Source of the DNA: Chlorobiota bacterium
GTDB lineage: Bacteria; Bacteroidota; Ignavibacteria; Kapaibacteriales; NICIL-2
Reading direction: 5' to 3'
Assembly: GCA_039810585.1 (NCBI GenBank)
Contig: JBDHXF010000001.1
Coordinates: forward strand, 17,723 to 81,722
Length of the DNA: 64,000 nucleotides
Position 1 is the stretch's first letter. Every line of letters begins with the position of its first letter. This document shows positions 49,345-59,024 of this stretch, piece after piece. The notes beneath the pieces were generated by a model. That model was not told where the DNA came from. It saw only the letters and a list, made by a program, of their open reading frames with translations, and ran no database searches. The position numbers and the translations under genes were made by a program.

Positions 49345-52300
49345 GTGAAAACGCATCGTGGATGGACTATGTCCCTGATGTTCCTGGCGCTGCTATTGAG
49401 TGCAGCCACATCGTTGTCGGCACAAGGAGTCAACAAAATGACGATGACCACGCTGCGTAACGGCAGCGCGTCGAAGAATTGGTCGACGGATACAACATCC
49501 GGTCAGCTATTTGGCTCTTCCGTCGCGCAAGTCGTGGGCTATTACCCAACGGGCAGGACGGATTATCCCTACCAACGCATGGTGATTAAAATTTCCAACT
49601 TCACCGGAAAAGGCACCTATACGGATGGTCAACTCAGCGCGTCATACTTCGAAGACCTCTTTTCAAGCGGAATTGTGCCGACCAGTTTTAAAAATGGCAC
49701 TGTGGTAGTGACCGCATACACGGCGAATCCCTTTAGCATTGAGGCGACGTTCAATATGTCGCTCACGTCCAACGCACCGCCGCCTGCTTCTTCCTTCTCG
49801 ACAGCCATCCTTAATGGCGTGGTTAAAGTTAATTCCATCAACAACCTGGTCGTAACGGCAGAAGCTGCGGCAAGCAATCAAGCCAAGCCGGTGAAGGCTG
49901 TTCAGGGTGACAAGGTGAAGTGGACCTTGTATGTGAAAGACAAAGACGACAACCCGATTAGTGGCGCAGATATTTATGAGAGCAATCAAATATTGGCGAG
50001 CACGGATAAGCTCGTGGGATCGACCAACGACTCAGGTTCTTATACCTACCAATTCAAAGTACCCGATGATTATGAGTCCGGAACATTCCCTGTGCGCTTT
50101 GTAGCCAAGAAAGATAAGTTCGTCGATTCGGATCCCTTCAAGGTGATGGTGAAAATTGACACGAAGCGTTACTACTACTACAAGTGCGCAGGACTTCCGA
50201 TCTACATCTTTGATGCCGGTGAGGGCAAAGTGTGGAAGGGCAAGGAAGGCGAAACCACTATTTCGTCCACGAGTACGGTTGTCATCAATAGCTTCCTGTA
50301 CTTTGATGGTTCCGTTGTGATTGACACAGCGGATGGCAAAGAGACATTCAGTGGTACCGGACGCTTGTATGTACCAAACGTGCAACTTCCCAATAGCGGT
50401 GGAGCGAAAGACTACACGCTCTTTCAGGGTCAGACCCCGGTGCTGTCACTCAGCTGCACCGCGCTGTTCGACAAAGGACTGGAGAACATTTCCTCTTGGC
50501 TTTCAAAAGCAATGGATGTGGATCTGAAGATTACCAAGATGCGCTTCACCAATCAGGATGAAGTTGCAACAGGTATTACGTTGGAAGGCAAGATGTCGGC
50601 CGGAGAGAAACAGCTCGGCCAATGCAACGAGAAAGAAGCCCAATACGGGGTAACTCTCGATGGAGGTATGACGCTTACTACTGCAGGATTACAGGACTTA
50701 AAATTTGCCATTAAGGACTTCGGAATGGGTCCCGGTGCTTGCCTCAAGAATTGCGGATTCACGTACACGTCCAATCCTGTCGAAACCTTTGTGTTTAGTG
50801 GCGATTACACCAGTAAAGCTTTTGGCGGTATTGCCTGCGATCTCACATGGAAGAACAAATTCCAACAAGATCCAATCACCTTTGGTATCAAGGTAACGAA
50901 GACCCTTGCAACATGTAAACCGATTCCCGATACTCCCTTGTGTTTGAAATCGGTGAGCTTTAATGGGAGCTGCTCAGACAAATTGCAACTCATAAAGTTT
51001 GGGGTCGATGCAACAGTGGTATCAGACGAACAACTTTTGAAAGACAAGTTCAACTTCAATATTCCGGTTATTGAACAACTAGCCGAAATCGTTGGTTCCG
51101 GTACCTACGAAGCACCGTTTAAAGTAACGCTGTCCGGCACCGCAAACTTGTTCAAAGTTCCCTCAATTGGCGGAACCAAGCGTCCTTGGCAAATCACGGG
51201 TACAAACAGTATTACTCTTGATGTATCGTCAAACACGCTGACAATCGCGGGCAAAGCTACCATTGGTCATCTTGGAGGCACAGCAAGTTTCTTAAGTACC
51301 GATGAGAATACAACACTCAATTGGACAAGTGGATTGGACATCACCGATCAATCTTCCGGATCGATGTCGCTCCCGGATTTGTCTGACGATCTCAAGAAGA
51401 AACCTTTCGTTAAAAACATCCTCAAATACTTGCCGACGCTGCCGGCAGAGTTGGGCTCAGCTGCCTATCGATTGCACAATACCAACCTGAGAGCAAATAT
51501 TGATTTGTCGAAAAATTCGATTCCACAAATCAAAGCATTGGGTTCAGCTCACCTGATCGTGAACCTTGCCCCGTCGAGTTTCTGGGATGCTTTCGACTTT
51601 GGAAAGGGATCGGTACCGCTCGTTCAAATTATACACCCCAAGGGAGGCGGACCAGACATTCAGTCTATCGCAGAGGGCACCCAGCCTGCAAAGGCAGTTC
51701 AGTACTTTGATGCAGACGCCACCATGCAGAAAGTGATTTGCTTTATTAGTTCCACCGGAACAGTTCCGGCCAGCAGCTTGAAGTCACCGAATGGCACAAG
51801 TTATACCGGCACCTCCACCGACTCTTCGGTCGTGATGTATGGATCTGATGACAATTCGCAGACCATGTGGGTGGTGAACAATCCTGCCGTTGGCCGCTGG
51901 GCAATCAATATCACCAACCCAACGGTGAATGATTCGGTCGACATATTCTCCGACGAGGCTCCCAATCCTTTTGCCATTTCGGCTTCAACGACCGGTCGCA
52001 CGCTGAATGTGACCTGGGATGGATCGAAGGAGGATGCAACGTCTATGGTTGAAATCTATCTCGATGCACAGGATCACGGAACGAAGGGTTTGTATTTCGG
52101 TCAGGTTCCGGCAAAGGATGGACACTTTAGTCGTACGCTGAGCGACTCCCTCACCCTTTGTAGTTACTACGTCTACGGCACTGTGATTCGTCCGAACGAT
52201 TTTGTGACGTCGTACGCCAGTGGCAGCATTAGCACCGGCAAGACCATCTTGGCGGCACCGCAGAATATCGTGGCGAATTCCGATCAGTTCGGAAACACTA

Positions 52301-52806
52301 TACTAAGCTGGACACGTTCCGGTGACCCTGCTACAGCAGGATACTTCATTTACCTACGTGATCAAAATGGCGTGGATTCGTTGATCACCTCGTATGCGTC
52401 AGACATCACCTCGGCTTCCTTCCAGATCGACAATCCGGAAGGCAAGAGTATCGTGATGCAATCCTTCGACGAGACAGGGTTCAAGGGATGTCCCGCTTCT
52501 GCTATGGCTATTACCGTGGATGTGCAAGACAATTTCTTCGCACCTGCGGATAACCGTATCAGTTTGATACCGAACCCGAGCAACACGCAGACAACCATTC
52601 GTCTGAATGATGCTTCGGAGAGTCCGGCTCGCGTGGACATCGTGGATATGCTAGGACAAACCATTGCTTCCTACTCCATGCATGGACAACGTGGCAGCGC
52701 GCAAGAAATCACCGTGGATTGCTCCTCAATCGCCACAGGTTCATACTTGGTGCTTGTTCACAATGCTCAGCAACGCTTTAGCACAATAATGAAGGTTGTG
52801 CACTAA
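49345..52806 (+). CDS. Large secreted beta-rich protein with Ig/FN3-like domains and T9SS CTD
   Basis: GGAGG then GTG start, signal peptide, 'APQNIVA...LSWT...GYFIY', CTD 'LIPNPS...DMLGQ...ATGSYLV'. Confidence 0.8.
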   Translation: MKTHRGWTMSLMFLALLLSAATSLSAQGVNKMTMTTLRNGSASKNWSTDTTSGQLFGSSVAQVVGYYPTGRTDYPYQRMVIKISNFTGKGTYTDGQLSASYFEDLFSSGIVPTSFKNGTVVVTAYTANPFSIEATFNMSLTSNAPPPASSFSTAILNGVVKVNSINNLVVTAEAAASNQAKPVKAVQGDKVKWTLYVKDKDDNPISGADIYESNQILASTDKLVGSTNDSGSYTYQFKVPDDYESGTFPVRFVAKKDKFVDSDPFKVMVKIDTKRYYYYKCAGLPIYIFDAGEGKVWKGKEGETTISSTSTVVINSFLYFDGSVVIDTADGKETFSGTGRLYVPNVQLPNSGGAKDYTLFQGQTPVLSLSCTALFDKGLENISSWLSKAMDVDLKITKMRFTNQDEVATGITLEGKMSAGEKQLGQCNEKEAQYGVTLDGGMTLTTAGLQDLKFAIKDFGMGPGACLKNCGFTYTSNPVETFVFSGDYTSKAFGGIACDLTWKNKFQQDPITFGIKVTKTLATCKPIPDTPLCLKSVSFNGSCSDKLQLIKFGVDATVVSDEQLLKDKFNFNIPVIEQLAEIVGSGTYEAPFKVTLSGTANLFKVPSIGGTKRPWQITGTNSITLDVSSNTLTIAGKATIGHLGGTASFLSTDENTTLNWTSGLDITDQSSGSMSLPDLSDDLKKKPFVKNILKYLPTLPAELGSAAYRLHNTNLRANIDLSKNSIPQIKALGSAHLIVNLAPSSFWDAFDFGKGSVPLVQIIHPKGGGPDIQSIAEGTQPAKAVQYFDADATMQKVICFISSTGTVPASSLKSPNGTSYTGTSTDSSVVMYGSDDNSQTMWVVNNPAVGRWAINITNPTVNDSVDIFSDEAPNPFAISASTTGRTLNVTWDGSKEDATSMVEIYLDAQDHGTKGLYFGQVPAKDGHFSRTLSDSLTLCSYYVYGTVIRPNDFVTSYASGSISTGKTILAAPQNIVANSDQFGNTILSWTRSGDPATAGYFIYLRDQNGVDSLITSYASDITSASFQIDNPEGKSIVMQSFDETGFKGCPASAMAITVDVQDNFFAPADNRISLIPNPSNTQTTIRLNDASESPARVDIVDMLGQTIASYSMHGQRGSAQEITVDCSSIATGSYLVLVHNAQQRFSTIMKVVH

Positions 52807-52830
52807 CGCCAACCATTCGCTGTGAGGTTT

Positions 52831-52863
52831 AAGCGCTGTAGGTTTTTCCTGCAGCGCTTTTTT
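52831..52863 (+). terminator. Intrinsic terminator
   Basis: AAGCGCTGTAGG-ttttt-CCTGCAGCGCTT followed by a T-run. Confidence 0.8.
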
Positions 52864-53071
52864 GTTGAGCGTGGCATATGCTGCGTAGACTCCGGTAAAA
52901 CTCAGGTGCTATCGACGTTTGCGGTGCACTCGGTACCGTTCAGCTCGAAAAATCTGAAGCTGAAAGGACGCTTAGATTCCCTGAATTTCCTATGTTTGGT
53001 GCTTGAGCATAACGCGTCCGAAGTGCAAGCAGCATCGCATTCGGAATTCGTTCACCATTCATGGAAGATTC

Positions 53072-53878
53072 ATGCGCAGTTCTTTTCTCTGCCTGGCGTT
53101 CTGCCTGGTTGCGGGGTCGACTTTTCTTCACGCCCAAAGTTCCGTTATCTACAACCGCCTTCGCATGATCGTTGCCGGCAAAGCCGACGAGGTTCGCAAA
53201 GAACTTCCGGATTTGCAGAAGGAAAATCCGGACGATCCCGGAGTCATGTATTTGGCCGGTGTGTTGACGGACGATGGCGCGAAAGCCGTAGCAATGTATG
53301 AGCAGGTTGTTCGCGAACACCCTCAGAGCGAATGGGCAGACGACGCTCAACTGAGAATCGTTCAATACTACGCTATGCGCAAAGACACGGTGCGCGCACA
53401 ACGTGAACTGCATTTCTTCACACGCAACTATCCGCTGTCCGAATTCGTCATCCTTGCACACGACCTGGTAAAAGAAACAGTGGGATTGCCCGCTACATCT
53501 GCTCAAAAGAGTGTTGCGGACAAAGCACCGACTCCCGCCCCAACCAAGGGCGCCAAGGATAAAGAGAGTGTGTTGGTGGTTTCCAATCCCGACGACAACA
53601 AATCGTCACTCAGCGGCGGAACGTCCGACAAAGCGAAGGCAAGCGATAGTTCGAAGAAATATTGGGGCTTGCAGGTTGGTGTGTACAGCTCCAAAAAGGC
53701 GGCTGACGCAGAAGCGGAAAAGTACCGTCAGCAACGCATGAAAGTTCAAGTGAGTGTGAAGGACGGAAAGTATGGCGTCGTGATTGGTCACTACAGTAGC
53801 AAAGAATCTGCTGAAAAAAGCCGTGATATTATCCAGGCACAATGCCAATGCTCGCCCTACATCGTTGAGCAGCAGTAG
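53072..53878 (+). CDS. SPOR domain protein with N-terminal TPR-like region
   Basis: Signal peptide, 'WGLQVGVYSSKKAA...YGVVIGHYSSKESA'. TATGTTTG box at 52991-52998. Confidence 0.85.
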   Translation: MRSSFLCLAFCLVAGSTFLHAQSSVIYNRLRMIVAGKADEVRKELPDLQKENPDDPGVMYLAGVLTDDGAKAVAMYEQVVREHPQSEWADDAQLRIVQYYAMRKDTVRAQRELHFFTRNYPLSEFVILAHDLVKETVGLPATSAQKSVADKAPTPAPTKGAKDKESVLVVSNPDDNKSSLSGGTSDKAKASDSSKKYWGLQVGVYSSKKAADAEAEKYRQQRMKVQVSVKDGKYGVVIGHYSSKESAEKSRDIIQAQCQCSPYIVEQQ

Positions 53879-54623
53879 AGCTGTTCGTTGCTCAAGCATC
53901 TGCTTTTGTCTTTCAATTCTCGCTGCCTTCGGCAGCGCGCTGTTTCCCGTTTCTGCCTCCGCTCAAAGCATAAATCTCCCAGATACCGTCCACATCACTC
54001 TTGGTCAGAGTGATAGCTTAGCGATTGAACTTCAGCTTCCGCTTGGTGCTCGCAGCTTCGACGCTCGCATGCATCTCAGCAATCCGACTGTCTATTTTCC
54101 TCTTCACCTTTCTTCAGGCGGCAACACTCTGGACTCTGCATTGAAGCGTCGTGACGACAGCACCTATGATGTGCACATTGATGCGGCAGATCTTCACGAT
54201 GATAGCCTTGTACTTCATGGAGTTGCCTTGTCCGGCAACGACTCTGTTTGCACGTTGACGCTGCGATCGGTTCACGCCGATTCAATTGCTATGGCGGATG
54301 ACTCAACGCTCTTGATAGAACAGAGCACGGGCACTCCGCCAGGGGTCTATCTCAGGTTCGCCTTTGTATCGGAGGCCTGGCCCAACCCTGGCTACGACGA
54401 TGTAACGATACGGTGGAATCTACGATTCGACCTTGGCTCACTGGTCACCTTCCGTGTGTATGACGCTATTGGTAGGGTGGTGCACGAAAGCACGGCCGAC
54501 GTTCCCGTTGGTCCCTCCGTTTTTGAACTCTCATCCGATGGAAGCTTCTATCCCGGTATCTACACTTTGGTTGTATCAGCCAGCTCCGGCAGCGCACAGC
54601 GTCGCTTTGTTCTGATGCGCTGA
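53865..54623 (+). CDS. Secreted hypothetical protein with T9SS CTD-like tail (start uncertain)
   Basis: 'AWPNPG...FRVYDAIGRVV...PGIYTL'. Confidence 0.65.
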   Translation: MSSSRAVRCSSICFCLSILAAFGSALFPVSASAQSINLPDTVHITLGQSDSLAIELQLPLGARSFDARMHLSNPTVYFPLHLSSGGNTLDSALKRRDDSTYDVHIDAADLHDDSLVLHGVALSGNDSVCTLTLRSVHADSIAMADDSTLLIEQSTGTPPGVYLRFAFVSEAWPNPGYDDVTIRWNLRFDLGSLVTFRVYDAIGRVVHESTADVPVGPSVFELSSDGSFYPGIYTLVVSASSGSAQRRFVLMR

Positions 54624-54711
54624 GCGATAGAACTACCTTTCATGAGTGTGCCCACTCTTCTACGGTTTTTGGCCTCGAGTCCACATGTCGTAGCACACTG
54701 TGCGTTGTCTG

Positions 54712-55656
54712 CTATTGCAGAGAAGTGTTCTGGTTGGCTTGAACTCTGAGTAAGAAAGCATCTATAGCATTTCGTACTGTTTGGCCACCCACCTCTTCTA
54801 TGGTCATGTGTGTGGCACCCGGGATAGTGATCAATTGCTTGTCGCGACAAGCAAGATGTTGGAAGTTGCGCTCTGCGTAACGGACGCTAATACGCTCGTC
54901 ATCGACTCCATGTATAATGAGAACCGGCACCTGAATTGATTCGGCAGAGCGTTCCGGTCTTACCTCGTCGATCTGAAATTGAGCAAGCTCTTCTGCTCGA
55001 GCAAACGCGATGGAAGCCATCCATCCCCATCGGATGTAGATTTTCTTTTCCATGTAGTCGAGCATCGTCTCTCGCAGATTGCAAAAGGCACCCTCAACAA
55101 TACCACCTTGTATGCGCTTTTCGATAGCCATGGCTTGCAGAGAGATCGCGCCACCCATCGAGAAGCCGTGGATGAGAAGAGGTCGAGTGAAACTGCTTCG
55201 GTTTTCAATAGCATCGATACATGCAGACACGTCATATTTTTCGTAGTACCCAATAGTGGCATTGAGTCCTTCGCTTTTACCGTGTGCACGTTCGTCGTAT
55301 GCCACAACGTTATAGCCCCTTCGATGGTAATCGATGATTACGCCATAGCTTAACTCCTTGGAACTTGAAATACCGTGCATCACAATCACCGTTCCGCATG
55401 CATTCTCAACAGGCACCCACCAGGCATCGAGCGTGAGAGAGTCTTTCGTCAGAAACCTAAACTCCTGGTGCGCAATGCCTGCTGCGGCCAGCGGATCTGA
55501 GGATCCGGTTTTTCGGATAATGTCTGCTTGGCTAATTCTATAGGGTCGAATTGCGGCATAGGGCAGCACATGATAGGCTGCATACCACAGAGCAAGAGGA
55601 AGAATGAGGAGCAGAACTCCGGCAGCGAAAAGCATAAGGGCACTACGTTTTTTCAT
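54712..55656 (-). CDS. Alpha/beta hydrolase
   Basis: 'YDERAHGKSEG', 'GFSMGG', 'IIHGVDDERI', 'GATH'. Confidence 0.9.
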   Translation of the reverse strand: MKKRSALMLFAAGVLLLILPLALWYAAYHVLPYAAIRPYRISQADIIRKTGSSDPLAAAGIAHQEFRFLTKDSLTLDAWWVPVENACGTVIVMHGISSSKELSYGVIIDYHRRGYNVVAYDERAHGKSEGLNATIGYYEKYDVSACIDAIENRSSFTRPLLIHGFSMGGAISLQAMAIEKRIQGGIVEGAFCNLRETMLDYMEKKIYIRWGWMASIAFARAEELAQFQIDEVRPERSAESIQVPVLIIHGVDDERISVRYAERNFQHLACRDKQLITIPGATHMTIEEVGGQTVRNAIDAFLLRVQANQNTSLQ

Positions 55657-55698
55657 TCCTTGGCTACGATATACCACCGGCTGAGTTTCGCGGCCACC

Positions 55699-55770
55699 GG
55701 ATCGACTGTAGAATCTACTGAAGAATCAACTGCAGAATCAACGATAGACTCAATTGTAGAATCGGCTGAA
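55699..55770. repeat. Degenerate 12-bp tandem repeat, six units
   Basis: GGATCGACTGTA GAATCTACTGAA GAATCAACTGCA GAATCAACGATA GACTCAATTGTA GAATCGGCTGAA. Confidence 0.8.
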
Positions 55771-55773
55771 AAT

Positions 55774-55806
55774 ACAAAGAGCCTGACGCAGTGTCAGGCT
55801 CTTTGT
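55774..55806 (-). terminator. Intrinsic terminator of the OmpA gene
   Basis: 14-bp perfect stem ACAAAGAGCCTGAC/GTCAGGCTCTTTGT. Confidence 0.75.
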
Positions 55807-55832
55807 GTTGGAACGTGTTGAAGAGAGGTGTT

Positions 55833-58574
55833 TTACTTCTGACCCTTTTCATCATCGCACAGGTGAGCGTCTTCCAATGGTGTTTGGATAACAATCTTCA
55901 CGGTACGGTTATAGAAGCGGCCTTCCGGAGATTCGTTGTTATAGATCGGCAGATCTTCGCCCACACCCTTAGTGTTGAGTATCGATACGCCTTCGGTTTT
56001 AGCCTTAATGCCGTCGTAGGCTGTCTTTGCACGGGCTTCGGAAAGCTTTTGGTTGGTTGTTTCGAGACCAATCACGTCTGTATGGCCTTCAATCTCAACC
56101 TTCGAACTCTTGAAACAGCGCTTGTACACATAGTCGTTCAAGATACGCTCATTACGCGGACCAGCTTGCGCAGAGTTGAACGGAAACAGAATGAGGTTGT
56201 ATTTCTCAAGCGTGCTATCGTGTCCGGCACCTTGTGTACGACCTACGGCACCGCACTGAGTCTTGATAAACTTAATCGGCACGGTAACCCACGGTGATTC
56301 GCAATCGTTGCCTTGCTTTGAGGTCACTACCAAACGAGCTTTGTAGGAGGTCAGGTTATAGATATTGGAATTCGTAGCCGAAACGCCGGTCTTGGAAAGT
56401 GTGTCAGGATAACTACCACCCTTGTCTTGCCAATCCCACTTGACGGAGGCCGTTGTCGTTCCAACATCGGTGAGCGTCGCCCAATCTTTGTCATCGCGTT
56501 TGATTTCGATACGACGCTTGTCAACAAGTGCATCTTCAATTCCGTTCTTGAGTGTCCAGGTCATATCCTCAGGTTGCGGGAACACTTTAGGATCCTTGTC
56601 GATAATCGGCTTGATCACTTCCCAATCATCGCAAATGATTTCGGTACGACGGTTTTCCACGCATCCCATGGAGTCTTTTTGGTTGGATGGCAATTCCGGC
56701 AGGTTACGGAATTCAAGCTTCATCCGACCTTCATCAATACCCCAGATGTCGCGCAAGTAGTTATACACTACGGTTGCACGATTCTTTGAAAGATCTGCAG
56801 CCTGTTCTTCCGGCGACTGCTTCATAGTGTTATTATCGTTACAACCAACAATGCGAACCTTCACGTCAGGGTTCTTACGCAGACGGTAGCCAAAGATGTT
56901 CAACACGTGATAGTACTTCTCCATTGTTCCGCCAGGGATGCGCTCGTCGTTGAAGCTATTGGTTTCTTCGCGCGACTTAAACAAGATGTAGCGCTTAGCG
57001 ATGGTTGACTGACCCAAGTCGAAGAACACGTAGTTCAACAGCGGGTGCAACTGGATGGACGCCACCTGACGCATAACCAAACCGCGGAAGGCTTGCATTT
57101 CTGCATCGTTTGGATTTTCCTTTGAGTATGCGGACGGAGCAACCTGTGGCGTGAGGCTTGGACGTTGACCAAGCTTAATGATTTCGTTGTACACGTCCGG
57201 TTTATCAGCGTCACCTTTATCGGTGGTGCTTCCCGGGCGCTTGATTTTGATCACTTTGTGTGCATCACCGTACTTCGGACTGGAGGCTACGATTTGCAAG
57301 TCGATTTCGTTGATCGAGTCCTTCGGATTTCCGAAGTCATTGTTTCCAAAGATAGATTGGAACTCCTTTTTCGAGAAGGTGACGGAATCCTTCACTCTGC
57401 GCTTTGTCAGCTCATTTTCAACGGTGATTGTAGCCGGAATATTTGCTCCCGTACATTCATCCACCACTTGGACGTTCAACTGAGCAGCCTTAAAGAATGT
57501 TGGCACAAAGGCCATGAAGATATCGTACTTGCCTTGATAACCCTTGATATCGGTCCGTTCAGAAGACCAGTACATCACATCACCGGAAGCGGGAAGTGTA
57601 ATGAACGATTCGTCGGCGGAGGTGTTGATCGGTGCGCCGATGTTGACCGGCTTCGACCAGGTGTCTTTGCCATCCGGACCGGTTCCCGTTTTCTTCACAT
57701 AATAAAAGTCCAATCCACCGAGTGAGTTCTTATATCCGTCTGAAGCAAAGAAGAGCGTCGTGTTATCAGCAGCAATGAATGGTGACCAGTCCTTGCCCTT
57801 GGTGTTGATTGCCGACAGGTTTTGAGCCGCTTTCCACTGCGATGTGTTTTCGTCGAAATCGGTATACCAAATGTCATAATTCTCATCTCCGTTAGGTCCC
57901 GGACGATTCGAGCAAAAGTAAATGCGTGAACGGTCGGACGTGATACTGGGTTGAGAATCCCATTGCTCACTATTGACTTGACGACCCAAGTTTCTTGGTT
58001 TTCCCCAGTTGTCGCCTTCAACTTCGGTAATGTACAAGTCGCATGAACCATAGCCGTCCGGACGTCCGCAACCAGTAAAAATCAACGTTTGGCGATCGGC
58101 GGCGATGGATGCAACGCCTTCATTACGAAACGAGTTAACACTCAATTCCGGTCCAAACGCATGCAAGGTATCAATGTTGATGGGAGGTGTAAAGTTCGTA
58201 TCGAGATTCTCAGCCTTCTTGGTCATCCAGAAATCGTGCGATGGGTCTCCGGATTTATTCAACATGGAACCCGGACGGTCCGACACAAAGTATAAGGTGC
58301 GTCCGTCTGCCGTTACTGTTGGAGCATAGTCTAATCCGCTCGTGTTAACAACAGGACCTAAGTTGATGATTCGGATTTTCTTTCTGTTTTCATCGTTCAA
58401 AAAGAAACCCGGCTCTTCATCAGCTTTGACAATCGTATAGCTATATAAGTACATCTGTCGCTTGGTAGACGTAAACGAGCTCTTCTCAGACAACGAGAGT
58501 TCTGCTGAATAGGATACAATGGTCGATGCACAGAACAGGAAGATCAAAAAGGTGTACAAGATGAGTCGTCGCAT
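55833..58574 (-). CDS. PD40 beta-propeller protein with two OmpA-like peptidoglycan-binding domains
   Basis: 'NLGPVVNT..DYAPTVTADG.TLYFVSDRPG' repeats. OmpA motifs 'IVGCND..LSKNRA..NRRTEI' and 'IEGHTD..LSEARA..NRTVKI'. Confidence 0.85.
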   Translation of the reverse strand: MRRLILYTFLIFLFCASTIVSYSAELSLSEKSSFTSTKRQMYLYSYTIVKADEEPGFFLNDENRKKIRIINLGPVVNTSGLDYAPTVTADGRTLYFVSDRPGSMLNKSGDPSHDFWMTKKAENLDTNFTPPINIDTLHAFGPELSVNSFRNEGVASIAADRQTLIFTGCGRPDGYGSCDLYITEVEGDNWGKPRNLGRQVNSEQWDSQPSITSDRSRIYFCSNRPGPNGDENYDIWYTDFDENTSQWKAAQNLSAINTKGKDWSPFIAADNTTLFFASDGYKNSLGGLDFYYVKKTGTGPDGKDTWSKPVNIGAPINTSADESFITLPASGDVMYWSSERTDIKGYQGKYDIFMAFVPTFFKAAQLNVQVVDECTGANIPATITVENELTKRRVKDSVTFSKKEFQSIFGNNDFGNPKDSINEIDLQIVASSPKYGDAHKVIKIKRPGSTTDKGDADKPDVYNEIIKLGQRPSLTPQVAPSAYSKENPNDAEMQAFRGLVMRQVASIQLHPLLNYVFFDLGQSTIAKRYILFKSREETNSFNDERIPGGTMEKYYHVLNIFGYRLRKNPDVKVRIVGCNDNNTMKQSPEEQAADLSKNRATVVYNYLRDIWGIDEGRMKLEFRNLPELPSNQKDSMGCVENRRTEIICDDWEVIKPIIDKDPKVFPQPEDMTWTLKNGIEDALVDKRRIEIKRDDKDWATLTDVGTTTASVKWDWQDKGGSYPDTLSKTGVSATNSNIYNLTSYKARLVVTSKQGNDCESPWVTVPIKFIKTQCGAVGRTQGAGHDSTLEKYNLILFPFNSAQAGPRNERILNDYVYKRCFKSSKVEIEGHTDVIGLETTNQKLSEARAKTAYDGIKAKTEGVSILNTKGVGEDLPIYNNESPEGRFYNRTVKIVIQTPLEDAHLCDDEKGQK

Positions 58575-59024
58575 AAGCCAAGCACCTGCGTTAATAAATA
58601 AAATCTGTTTTAGTCCCTAATGTCCCCTAACACGTTTTGTTCCCTGTTAGTAAGTCGGGGTTTACTGTGGGATCTTAAAATACAGCACACGCGGATTTCG
58701 CACAACGGTATTTTTTGAAGCAGAAGGTTATGACATGCACTAACACCATCTTCACCAAAAAACTTCAGTTCTGAGCGATCTTCGCATCCTCTAGTCTCCA
58801 CGCTCATCCTCACACTTGTCCTCCAGGCCTGACGTAGCCTGCCGTTCAGCATCACACTCACTCCTCGTTTTTTGCGGGGAACTGCTCGCTGTGTACCTGC
58901 TTGTTGTAACACTACTCCATGACCGCAAACCTGTCCGCGCACTGTCAGACACGTCGCATAGATCCATGGAAAAGCTCCGAAAAACCATAAATTGCAATTC
59001 GGCGTTCCACTTCATTCCTGAGCT

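Noticed and set aside
49089-49451. N-terminal extensions of murG and the 1200-aa ORF overlapping head-to-head
   Set aside because: An artefact of longest-ORF calling. More plausible starts are 49088 and 49345.
55699-55770. Possible CRISPR array
   Set aside because: The 12-bp units are contiguous with no spacers, and no cas genes are present.
58575-59024. Cobalamin riboswitch or frameshifted N-terminal half of IcmF
   Set aside because: No B12-box or conserved riboswitch core was recognised, and the frames I read showed no MeaB or B12-domain motifs.
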